Positions 1-7,262 of a stretch of DNA of 32,000 nucleotides are shown here, piece by piece. The stretch spans positions 3,254 to 35,253 of the forward strand of contig NZ_ASTG01000006.1 in assembly GCF_000412635.1 (NCBI RefSeq), given 5' to 3'. The position numbers were made by a program, and so were the translations under genes. Position 1 is the first letter of the stretch; each line of letters opens with the position of its first letter. Origin of the DNA: Sphingobium bisphenolivorans (lineage in GTDB: Bacteria; Pseudomonadota; Alphaproteobacteria; Sphingomonadales; Sphingomonadaceae). The notes below the pieces were generated by a model. The model had not been told where the DNA came from. It was given only the letters and a program-made list of their open reading frames with translations, and made no database searches.

Positions 1-333
1 CGCCCTTGCCGATAGAGCCACCGCGAAACTCGCCGAATAGCTGTAGGTGGTGACGCTCGGCCGACCCTTGCCGCCCCCGCTCTTGCTCTTCGTCTCCTTG
101 AGGTCGGTCGCCCAGATCACCGATCCCGCGACCCGCATCGTTCCGAACAGCTTGGGCAACTGCGCGCCGTAGGTCGACGTCTGCACCTGAACGTCGGCCA
201 GCCGCCGGCCCTGCACTCCCTTGGGCTTGAACAGCACCGCATGGTCGAAGGCGTTGCCGATCAGCCCGCCAATCGCCGCGCCGAGCGGCCCGCCGACGGC
301 AGTCCCCAGCGCGGTCAAAACGATCGTAGCCAT
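1..333 (-). CDS. GTA g15-family baseplate/host-specificity ('megatron') protein, N-terminal 111 codons only; the gene continues past the left window edge
   Basis: Open-ended, so absent from the ORF track. My reverse-complement read gives ATG at 333..331, then MATIVLTALGTAVGGPLGAAIGGLIGNAFDHAVLFKPKGVQGRRLADVQVQTSTYGAQLPKLFGTMRVAGSVIWATDLKETKSKSGGGKGRPSVTTYSYSASFAVALSARA with no stop. The Gly/Ala-rich start plus 'RVAG.VIWA' recalls RcGTA g15 N-termini. An AAGGGGGA SD lies just upstream, and the gene follows g14 after a 13-nt gap. Confidence 0.75.
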   Translation of the reverse strand, partial: MATIVLTALGTAVGGPLGAAIGGLIGNAFDHAVLFKPKGVQGRRLADVQVQTSTYGAQLPKLFGTMRVAGSVIWATDLKETKSKSGGGKGRPSVTTYSYSASFAVALSARA

Positions 334-346
334 GTTCCCCCTTTCG

Positions 347-745
347 TTACGCTCGCCAGTGGCCAATCACCGGCCAGGGCGACTGGCCGGGCATCTCCAC
401 CACGCGCCTCAGTCCCGCATGAGCATGGACGTGACCGCCCGGCACCTTGATCATCAGGTGCAGTTGCAGCGGACCTGCGCGAACCAGGGCCACGTCGCCG
501 GCCATGGCCCTCGACACCTCCTTCAGACCGGCGGCGTTCAGCCAGTCCCGCGCGCGCGCTTCATTCCCCGAACGCAGGCCATATTCGTCAGGCACCACGC
601 CTCGATGTCCCGCCCCTGCATAGGCCAGCGTCGTCAAGCCGACGCAATCCAGACCTCGCGCGTCGCGCCCATGCAGGCGAAAGGGCACGCCGACCAGTGC
701 CCGCGCCGCTGCGACGATCCTCGCCGCCCGATCCGGATCGCTCAC
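347..745 (-). CDS. GTA g14-like NlpC/P60 cell-wall peptidase
   Basis: Track ORF is 347..853. I trim the start to GTG at 745..743, which overlaps the g13 stop as GTGA (742..745 = tcac). 'GVPFRLHGRDARGLDCVGL' gives the NlpC/P60 catalytic-Cys context, with His residues downstream. Position after g13 matches RcGTA order. Confidence 0.85.
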   Translation of the reverse strand: MSDPDRAARIVAAARALVGVPFRLHGRDARGLDCVGLTTLAYAGAGHRGVVPDEYGLRSGNEARARDWLNAAGLKEVSRAMAGDVALVRAGPLQLHLMIKVPGGHVHAHAGLRRVVEMPGQSPWPVIGHWRA

Positions 746-1557
746 GCGCCGGGATAGCGGGTCAGCAGGTCGGTGCCCGGCAGGTAGGGCTCCCCCCGGA
801 AGTTCACCGCATTGCCGAAGCGCGCGACGCAACTGTCCAGCCGCCGGTCGCATCCTTCGGTCAGCAGCGCCAGCGCCTCCGCCTCGACCGGGGAGGGCGG
901 CGGGTCCGCCAGCATCACCGCGCTGGCATCATTGTCGATCACACCCTGAACGATGCCGCAGTTGCGCCCGTTCAGCCAGCGCAGCGAGCCAAAGGCATAA
1001 TGCCCCACCTCCAACTCGCCCACATGCGCCACGGTGCCGGCAACCTCGCTCACCCGCACCAGCCGCCGCCGTCCCGCCATATCGACGCGGCACTCCCGAT
1101 CGCCCAGCGCCGCGCGGCAGTCCGGCGAGGTCGAGGGCGCAACCGGACCCTTGAGCGCCGCCATCGCGCCCACCAACTCAGCCGTGAACGCGCCGCCCTT
1201 GCGCGCCACCGCGCCGATCTCTCCCCTCGCCAGCAGCAGCCACATCGCGCCCGGCTCCTCCCATTCGGTGAGGCGCAACTCCAGCGCAGCGCCATCCCAT
1301 CGGCCCGCCATCAGGTCCGCCTCGCTGATCGCATCGGCGACCAAAGCGCCCACGATATCGGCGTCACCCCCTTCCACACCGATCCCGCTGCGCACGGCGG
1401 ACGGCGTCATCCCCGGCGCCGCGCGGTAGCGGACATACCCCACCAGCAGATCCCGGTCATGGCTCGTCAGGCCGATCGCCACACCGTCGCGCCGCTCCAG
1501 CCGCCAGCAGAAGGCCAGCGTCGCAAGCGGCTTGTCCAAAGCCTCCAGCCCGATCAT
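742..1557 (-). CDS. GTA g13-like tail hub protein (DUF2163 / BR0599-type)
   Basis: Track ORF is 742..1737. I trim the start to ATG at 1557..1555 (MIGLEALDKPLATLAFCWRLERRDG...), which overlaps the g12 stop as ATGA (1554..1557 = tcat). 'AFCWRLERRDG..IGLTSHDRDL' and the C-terminal 'CDRRLDSCVARFGNAVNFRGEPYLPG' are typical of this family. Confidence 0.85.
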   Translation of the reverse strand: MIGLEALDKPLATLAFCWRLERRDGVAIGLTSHDRDLLVGYVRYRAAPGMTPSAVRSGIGVEGGDADIVGALVADAISEADLMAGRWDGAALELRLTEWEEPGAMWLLLARGEIGAVARKGGAFTAELVGAMAALKGPVAPSTSPDCRAALGDRECRVDMAGRRRLVRVSEVAGTVAHVGELEVGHYAFGSLRWLNGRNCGIVQGVIDNDASAVMLADPPPSPVEAEALALLTEGCDRRLDSCVARFGNAVNFRGEPYLPGTDLLTRYPGA

Positions 1558-3884
1558 TCGCGTATCTCCACCAGCGGTACGGAGGGCGCCTCGCCCGCCG
1601 CGAAGGTCGCCCTGTTGATGTCCAGCCGATCCTCGGCAAAGCGCACCGGTACGTCGAAGCGGAAGCCGGCCGTCAGCACCGCGCCCTCCGCCGGCGCCGT
1701 ATCGAAGGCGATCACGCCCAACCCCACATGGCTCCACCCGCTGGTCAGCTCGACGCCGTCGGCCGCGACCCTGATCGTGCCAGCCACAGGCCGCGTCACC
1801 CGCCGCACCTGGGCGTCCTCGCCAGCCCCGTAGAAGCGCTGCAACCGAAACTCCGCCCGCACCCCGTCACCCACGCCCAGCCGCTGGTCGAGCGCGCCCG
1901 GCGCCTCGCCCACGGCGCAGCTGCGATCATCATAGGGGTCGGTGAAGCGGAAGCCGCGCGCAGCCCCGCGCCGCGCCCGGAAGAAAGCAATCAGCGCCGC
2001 GATGTCTGCTTCCGACCGCACCCCCGGCCCTGCATCGAAGGACAGGCGCGCATCCGCCCAGTCGCTGCTCCTGCGCTCATGGCCGGAGGGGCTCTCCACC
2101 ACCTGCGTTGAAAAGCTCGGGGCCACGCTCGCCTCCCGCCCGATAGGCAGAGGAAAACTCACATCGTCAAAGGCTTGCACATCATTCTCCCCATCCAGCC
2201 TGAAGCAGGTGAAGCCATCGCGCGCCACCTGCGGCAGCGCCCATATAAATGTCGCCGCCGTGCCCCGCTTGACCGCCGCCTCCGCCGCCGCGGCGATCTC
2301 GCGCCACTGCCCTGCCTCCTCCGGACGCAGGACGAACCCCGAAAAATAATGCTGCTCCTCGACCGGGTAGCCGAGCCGTTCGGTCGCCACCTCGACGCCG
2401 CGCGCCGTCAGCCGCTCGCGCCCCTGCGTCACCCAGTCATAATCCTCCAGCTGGAGCACATCGAAGGCCGGGGACGCCCACCCGACCGGCATGTTCGCCC
2501 GCTTCGCCTCGGGCGCGAGCGGATCGAGCACCGTCGGCAGATAGGCGAGCAGATGCGTCACGGCGCCCGGCGCCAGCCCCTTCACCCAACTGCAAAGCGC
2601 CGCCGTCGAAGCGGCCAACACCGCCCCCGCCTGATCCAGCAGCGCCTTCTGCGCCGCGCTCAAAGCACTCCGCACATCGGGAATGGAAACCGGCGCTCCG
2701 CCAAAGGCCGCTCGCGCCGCATCGTCATACAGGCAGATGCGCCCATCGGCGGGCATGACCCACCACCAGGGTTCACCAACCTGGAACCGTATCGGAATTT
2801 CGGCTGCCAACCCTATGTAAACAAAGGCGCCCGCAACCAGCCGCAAATAGCTCATGGCGCCCTCATGGGCAGGCGACAGCAAAGTCGATGGCGGTGTCCA
2901 CCCGGTCAGTGCCGGCTCGCCATTCTCCGCTCTTTGCTTCCAGTCGTTCCAGCAATGCGCGTCGAACAGTTCGTAGGACAGCGACCAAATGATCCCCAGC
3001 CCCAGCGCCTTCGCGCGTCGTGCGAAGTCCGCGTGCCAGGCGGCGCAGGGCGCATTCAGAACGCCGCCCGCCAGGCTGACATAGTGGCCGCCGCCCAGCG
3101 GTTCGAGCCGGAAATAATGGCTCATCCCGACATAATGGTTGATGTCGCCGCGATAGCCGAGCGCATGGATCATCGCCACGATCCGCTCCGGCGTCTGGTT
3201 GAAACAGTCGTCATAGCCCGTCGCCATTGACAGGCCATGTTCGGGCAGCACGACATCGCCGATGTGCAGCACCGATCCGGCACCATCGCACTGGATATCA
3301 GTCAGTTCTGCCCAACCTTCGACACCCGCTGGGAACGGCGTGCTTCCCGCATCATATCCAGGGGGCGCGAGCGAGATGAACATCCGATCGACATCGCCTG
3401 CCCAAACCGGGTCAGCTTCGCCCGGCAACAAAAATCCGCCTGCAAGATCAGAGAAGTTCAACTCGATTTCAGCATCTTCCGCGGTACCGCTCGCATAGTT
3501 CCACAGCCGCACATACCAGCTTCGCGGCTCGCCCGCCGCATCGCGCCCCTCGATCGCCAACGTCGGGCCATGCGTTTCATCCAGCCGCCGCAACCCGTCG
3601 CTCCGCCAGCGAAAGCGCAGCACGCACTGGCGAAAATCCCGCGCCGTCTCATAGGCCAGCAGCGGATGACTCCATCTGTCCTCCGCTTCCCAGATCAGCC
3701 CCGCCAGATCGCCCGATCCGTAAAAGACCGCATCCACGCGCAGCGCATCAGGCGCCGTGGTCACGACCGCCGCCATCATCGGGCGCGGGAAATTGACCGT
3801 CCAATGCGTCGGCGCAAACCGCTTGATGAAGCGGCTGTCCTGCCCCCGCCTCCGGTCGGCGAGCCAATAGTCCAGGCCACTCAT
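1554..3884 (-). CDS. GTA g12-like distal tail protein (DUF2460/TIGR02217-like C-terminal ~208 aa) fused to a ~568-aa N-terminal domain of unknown family
   Basis: Continuous 776-aa ORF. The C-terminus 'FDDVSFPLPIGREASVAPSFSTQVVESPSGHERRSSDWADARLSFDAGPGVRSEADIAALIAFFRARRGAARGFRFTDPYD...' matches the g12 pattern. The start ATG overlaps the tape-measure stop as ATGA (3881..3884). Confidence 0.85.
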   Translation of the reverse strand: MSGLDYWLADRRRGQDSRFIKRFAPTHWTVNFPRPMMAAVVTTAPDALRVDAVFYGSGDLAGLIWEAEDRWSHPLLAYETARDFRQCVLRFRWRSDGLRRLDETHGPTLAIEGRDAAGEPRSWYVRLWNYASGTAEDAEIELNFSDLAGGFLLPGEADPVWAGDVDRMFISLAPPGYDAGSTPFPAGVEGWAELTDIQCDGAGSVLHIGDVVLPEHGLSMATGYDDCFNQTPERIVAMIHALGYRGDINHYVGMSHYFRLEPLGGGHYVSLAGGVLNAPCAAWHADFARRAKALGLGIIWSLSYELFDAHCWNDWKQRAENGEPALTGWTPPSTLLSPAHEGAMSYLRLVAGAFVYIGLAAEIPIRFQVGEPWWWVMPADGRICLYDDAARAAFGGAPVSIPDVRSALSAAQKALLDQAGAVLAASTAALCSWVKGLAPGAVTHLLAYLPTVLDPLAPEAKRANMPVGWASPAFDVLQLEDYDWVTQGRERLTARGVEVATERLGYPVEEQHYFSGFVLRPEEAGQWREIAAAAEAAVKRGTAATFIWALPQVARDGFTCFRLDGENDVQAFDDVSFPLPIGREASVAPSFSTQVVESPSGHERRSSDWADARLSFDAGPGVRSEADIAALIAFFRARRGAARGFRFTDPYDDRSCAVGEAPGALDQRLGVGDGVRAEFRLQRFYGAGEDAQVRRVTRPVAGTIRVAADGVELTSGWSHVGLGVIAFDTAPAEGAVLTAGFRFDVPVRFAEDRLDINRATFAAGEAPSVPLVEIRE

Positions 3885-4480
3885 CCGTTCAGCGCTCCCC
3901 TCACCGCCCGCGCCACCTGCCGCGCACTGCGCGCCAGCAGCCGTGCACCGTCCTGCCCTTCGCCGCGGCCTTGCACCGCGATGCTCACCCGCACGTCGCG
4001 CGCGCCCGGCGGGCCGTGCGCGACCACCTGCCCGCTTGCCGTCGGCACGAACAGTTCGGGACCCCGCTCCCCCACCATATAGGCGCGCCCCGGCGATACC
4101 GGCCCGCCGGTCGCCCGCCCCGGAGCGCCCAGCGCCACCGCAGCAAGCTTCAGCAACCCGCCGCCGTCGCTCACACTCGCCACGCCGGACCGCAACGCAT
4201 TGGCGGCGATGTCGTCGAGCGTGCGCAGGGCGATCCGCTTCAGATCCTCAAAGCCGAACTGCCCCGTCCGCACCGCGCGCAGCAGCCCCTGTTCGATGCG
4301 CCGGCCCGCCCGCTCCGCACCCGACGCCAATGGTCCCTCCAGCTCCCCGCGCATCGCCTCGACGTCACGTCCAAAAGCCTGCCTATCCGCCCGCACCCGC
4401 ACGACCAGATCATCGATGTCCTCGTCCAAGCCCCACCTCCCAAATGCAAGAAGCCCTCCCTTCAGGTTCAGCAGGGCCAC
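3881..4480 (-). CDS. GTA g11-like tail tape measure protein (short)
   Basis: 199 aa; the 'MVGERGPELFVP' motif is typical of tape measure C-terminal regions; sits between the chaperone-like genes and g12. Confidence 0.8.
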   Translation of the reverse strand: MALLNLKGGLLAFGRWGLDEDIDDLVVRVRADRQAFGRDVEAMRGELEGPLASGAERAGRRIEQGLLRAVRTGQFGFEDLKRIALRTLDDIAANALRSGVASVSDGGGLLKLAAVALGAPGRATGGPVSPGRAYMVGERGPELFVPTASGQVVAHGPPGARDVRVSIAVQGRGEGQDGARLLARSARQVARAVRGALNG

Positions 4481-4581
4481 ATGACTCTGCTGAAGGCTGG
4501 GGAAGGACCTTTCGCGCTCACCTCCCGGCGCCCCGCTTCCTCAACTCCGCCGTTTCGAGCGAAGTCGAGAAACAGCCCGCC

Positions 4582-4776
4582 TCAATCCGGCATCATTCGC
4601 CGCAAACGCTCCAGTTCGCCCGCATCGACGCCAAGTCCCGTCTCCTCCTCTCCCCGCGCCGCGCGCAGCACCGCCTCCAGCTCGTCCGGCGTCGATCGCC
4701 AGAACTCGTCCGGCCGCCACCCCAGCAGCCATCCCGCGACCCCGGCCAACCGGGCCGCCGCCTTGAAGAAGCTCAT
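4582..4776 (-). CDS. GTA g10.1-like small tail-assembly protein
   Basis: 64 aa (MSFFKAAARLAGVAGWLLGWRPDEFW.STPDEL...). The ATG overlaps the g10 stop as ATGA (4773..4776). Called on position and size. Confidence 0.65.
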   Translation of the reverse strand: MSFFKAAARLAGVAGWLLGWRPDEFWRSTPDELEAVLRAARGEEETGLGVDAGELERLRRMMPD

Positions 4777-5084
4777 CGTCCCGCCAGTATCTGCTTCAGG
4801 ATGATCCGCAGCACCGGCGACAGCCTCGCCAGTCCGGCGCCGACGATCGCCTCGCCCAACGCTTCGCGCGTCAGGCCGCTCGGCGGATCAACCAGACAGT
4901 GCCAGAACAGCGCCGCCATATCGGCCAGTGACAGCTTTCCGTCCGCCGCGCGCTCCACCAGGTCGAACAGCGGCCCCAATTCCTCCTCCGCCGCCACCAG
5001 CGCCGCGAAGCTCGGCCGCAGCGTCAGCGTCTCGCCGCCAAGGTCCAGCGCGGCCTCGCCCCGCGCCCCATTCGCCCCGCTCAC
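4773..5084 (-). CDS. GTA g10-like tail assembly chaperone family protein
   Basis: 103 aa. The GTG start overlaps the g9 stop as GTGA (5081..5084 = tcac). 'LTLRPSFAALVAAEEELG.LF.L..R' resembles GTA gp10-family proteins. Confidence 0.7.
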   Translation of the reverse strand: MSGANGARGEAALDLGGETLTLRPSFAALVAAEEELGPLFDLVERAADGKLSLADMAALFWHCLVDPPSGLTREALGEAIVGAGLARLSPVLRIILKQILAGR

Positions 5085-5488
5085 AGCGACACCACTGCGC
5101 CAGAGCTTTCCAGGCTCAGCGCATAATTGCGCTCGCCATTATAATCGCCCGCATAGTCAAGCCGGGTGACCAGGAAGCGGCCGCGCATCCGCTCGCCGCT
5201 TTCGAAGCTCAGCTCGTAATCCTCGATCGTCCCGGCCAGCGCATGGTTGCGCAGCCGCACTTCCGCCGCCGATCCGGTGAAAATCCCGGCCGCCGACACG
5301 CTGACCGATCGCACGCCGGCGCCCGAAAGCAACTCGCGCCAGCCGCCGCTGTCCTTGGTCGTGACGTTGACTGCCTCGCCATTCACCGACAGCTGCGTCG
5401 TCCGCATGCCGGCGACGGTCGCATAGGCTGCGGGGCTACCGCCATCGCCTATTCTCAACAGAAACGCGCTTCCTTTTTCCACAGCCAT
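5081..5488 (-). CDS. GTA g9-like major tail (tube) protein, TP901-1 type
   Basis: 135 aa, starting MAVEKGSAFLLRIGDGGSPAAYATVAGMRTTQLSVNGEAVNVTTKDSGGWRELL.... Strong SD AAGGAGA 7 nt upstream of the ATG at 5488. Confidence 0.85.
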   Translation of the reverse strand: MAVEKGSAFLLRIGDGGSPAAYATVAGMRTTQLSVNGEAVNVTTKDSGGWRELLSGAGVRSVSVSAAGIFTGSAAEVRLRNHALAGTIEDYELSFESGERMRGRFLVTRLDYAGDYNGERNYALSLESSGAVVSL

Positions 5489-5543
5489 GGAGCATTCTCC
5501 TTTAAGACAAGTCGTGCATGAATCGGGATTTGGAGAGGTTTAG

Positions 5544-5873
5544 ATGCTCGTTGCCGCACCCCTCATTTTGATGCTGGCCGCTGCTCCGCAGGGTGCCGAC
5601 GCGGTCGGCGCGGGCCGCAAGGCCTATTCGGAATGCTTGTCGAAGCAGATTCAGCCTGCGCTCGACAAGAAGCTGACGCTCGCCGACTTCCAGTCCGCAC
5701 TGAAGGAAAAGTGCGGCGCGCAGGAAACAGCCTTCCGCACCGCCATCGTCAACGACGACAAGTCCAGCAAGATGTCCGATGCGGACGCACAATCGGACGC
5801 GGACGAACAGGTTTCGGAATATAAGGACAAGATCGTCGGCGAGTTCGAGGATTATTCCAAGCCCGGCGGCTGA
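5544..5873 (+). CDS. small secreted protein of unknown function (opposite-strand insert inside the GTA cluster)
   Basis: 109 aa. GGAGAGG SD at 5532..5538, 5 nt before the ATG. Hydrophobic N-terminus with an A-x-A site (MLVAAPLILMLAAAPQGADA|VG), two Cys, and an acidic Lys/Asp/Glu-rich C-terminus. The local sequence is visibly more AT-rich than the flanks. Confidence 0.6.
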   Translation: MLVAAPLILMLAAAPQGADAVGAGRKAYSECLSKQIQPALDKKLTLADFQSALKEKCGAQETAFRTAIVNDDKSSKMSDADAQSDADEQVSEYKDKIVGEFEDYSKPGG

Positions 5874-6063
5874 CCGCGCGCTCCGCATCCCCACTCAGCG
5901 TCATGCTGAACTTGTTTCACCATCCATCCATCGCCCCGAGCGATAGCCTGTGGAGGCGCGGTGGATGCTGAAGCGAATTCCTCGCAACATTATGCGTCGT
6001 GCCTCAGTCTGAACTGACCTGCAGCGTGCAGAAAAGGTTCGGCCGCGGTTGAGACAGATCGCG

Positions 6064-6459
6064 TCAGCCCCGCACCACCCGCAGCCGATAATCCGCCACG
6101 CCCTGCCAGCCATCCCGCGTTCCGGTCCGCGCCACACGCGAGCGCACCAGCCGCGCGCTGATGACCCGCCACTCGGCCCCCGCGCCGACATCGCGAACCA
6201 CCAGATCGATCAGCGCCAGCAGCGCTCCCAGCCGCTCCGGCCGCTCCCCGACATCGTACAGCTGGATCGCCAGCGTCAGTTCGCGCCCATCAACATCCTT
6301 CGCACCCCAGTCGTTGCCCAGGCAGTCGCCCACCACCGCATAGGGCTCGCTCGCCCGCCCCGGCCTGCCATCGAACAGGCCATTGAGGCCGCTCATCAGC
6401 GCGCTGTCCGCCCGCAAAGCCTCGATCAGGGCCGCTCGCACCGCCACCTCAGCGCTCAT
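6064..6459 (-). CDS. GTA g8-like tail terminator (DUF3168-like)
   Basis: 131 aa with a pattern typical of DUF3168 ('..AALIEALRADSALM..L.G.FDG.P....PY.VVGD....DW..KD..G.E....I.'). The ATG overlaps the upstream ORF's stop as ATGA (6456..6459). Confidence 0.8.
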   Translation of the reverse strand: MSAEVAVRAALIEALRADSALMSGLNGLFDGRPGRASEPYAVVGDCLGNDWGAKDVDGRELTLAIQLYDVGERPERLGALLALIDLVVRDVGAGAEWRVISARLVRSRVARTGTRDGWQGVADYRLRVVRG

Positions 6460-6662
6460 CCCCGTCCCCTTCCCGCCTCACGCAGCGCCAAATCGCTGAG
6501 CCACCGCCGCCTCAGCCCCGGCCCGCGCAGCCGCACCAGTTCACCTTCGATGCCGACATCCTCGACGCCGGCCGCGCGCACCGCCGCCGCGATTTCACGG
6601 CGCCGCTTCTCCGCCCCGGATTCCATCAGCGCCTCCACCAGCGCCTGCAGCCGCGCCCTCAT
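6456..6662 (-). CDS. 68-aa hypothetical protein occupying the g7 (stopper/head-closure) slot
   Basis: In-frame part of track ORF 6456..7049. The ATG at 6662..6660 overlaps the g6 stop as ATGA (6659..6662), and its own stop overlaps the g8 start. Sequence MRARLQALVEALMESGAEKRRREIAAAVRAAGVEDVGIEGELVRLRGPGLRRRWLSDLALREAGRGRG does not resemble the ~110-aa g7 family. Called as a CDS because it is coupled on both sides. Confidence 0.5.
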   Translation of the reverse strand: MRARLQALVEALMESGAEKRRREIAAAVRAAGVEDVGIEGELVRLRGPGLRRRWLSDLALREAGRGRG

Positions 6663-7138
6663 GTCAGCCGCATCCGCCGCCAGGGCCGCCACAGCGCGCT
6701 CACGACAGCAGGCGGCGTCGCCACCTGCCCGTCCCGTGCTCCGAAATGCTCCGCCGCCAGCCGCACTATGCCCTGCCGGATGGCATCGGGCAGCCCTTCG
6801 GCATCCTGCGCCATGCCTGCATGATAGCGCACGGTGGCCATGCCCACATCTGGACGTACCCGTACCCAGCCGTCCCCCGCCGCATCGATGTCGATCGCAT
6901 AGGCATCCGCCGCCAGCGCGCTCCCCTGCGCCTCCACGCCCAGGATAGCCACGACGGGCCGCCCCGACAGCCTCTGCCATGTTCCGTCCGCACCCGCCGT
7001 CTCGCTGGCCTCGCGCACGATCAGCCATTGTCCGATGAACTGTTCGCAAAGCCCCGTGGCGCTCGCCAGCAGCCGCTCCAGCACGCCATCCTCATCATCC
7101 GACCCGATCCGCAACCAGGCCTTAAGCTCCACCAGCAC
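6659..7138 (-). CDS. GTA g6-like head-tail connector/adaptor (gp6-like)
   Basis: 159 aa. The N-terminus 'LVELKAWLRIGSDDEDGVLERLLASATGLCEQFIG' and C-terminus 'LPDAIRQGIVRLAAEHFGARDG' fit phage gp6-like connector proteins. GTG start at 7138 with a GGGGAGGG SD 6 nt upstream. Confidence 0.75.
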   Translation of the reverse strand: MLVELKAWLRIGSDDEDGVLERLLASATGLCEQFIGQWLIVREASETAGADGTWQRLSGRPVVAILGVEAQGSALAADAYAIDIDAAGDGWVRVRPDVGMATVRYHAGMAQDAEGLPDAIRQGIVRLAAEHFGARDGQVATPPAVVSALWRPWRRMRLT

Positions 7139-7163
7139 GCGCCGCCCTCCCCTTGAAAAAGGG

Positions 7164-7182
7164 GGACGCCCTACGGACGCCC
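7164..7182. repeat. direct repeat GGACGCCC-TAC-GGACGCCC (11-bp period) in the g5-g6 spacer
   Basis: Read directly: 7164..7171 and 7175..7182 are identical 8-mers separated by 3 nt. Confidence 0.6.
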
Positions 7183-7189
7183 CCAGCTT

Positions 7190-7210
7190 CCTTCTCCCTC
7201 CCGGAGAAGG
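7190..7210 (-). promoter_or_regulatory. stem-loop (8-bp perfect stem CCTTCTCC / GGAGAAGG, 5-nt loop) downstream of the capsid gene
   Basis: Read directly from the sequence. Lies 53 nt after the g5 stop (7263). No U-tract follows it, so it is not a canonical terminator. Confidence 0.5.
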
Positions 7211-7262
7211 ATACGCAGCCTTGCCAGCTCTGCTGGCTAGGCGAAGTTGGATGAGGCCGACG

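Noticed and set aside
4773-5084. Programmed -1 frameshift between the two tail-chaperone genes g10/g10.1, as in many siphophages
   Set aside because: g10.1 has its own ATG overlapping the g10 stop (ATGA at 4773..4776). I saw no slippery heptamer near the g10 end, so simple translational coupling explains the arrangement.
5920-5931. Micro-repeat (CCAT)x3 and two 5-bp mini-hairpins (TCAGT-CTGA-ACTGA, CTGCA-GCG-TGCAG) in the non-coding part of the g8-g9 insert
   Set aside because: They are too short to distinguish from chance, have no adjacent U-tracts and no tRNA-like or sRNA-like structure I could build. They are covered only as context in the insert finding.
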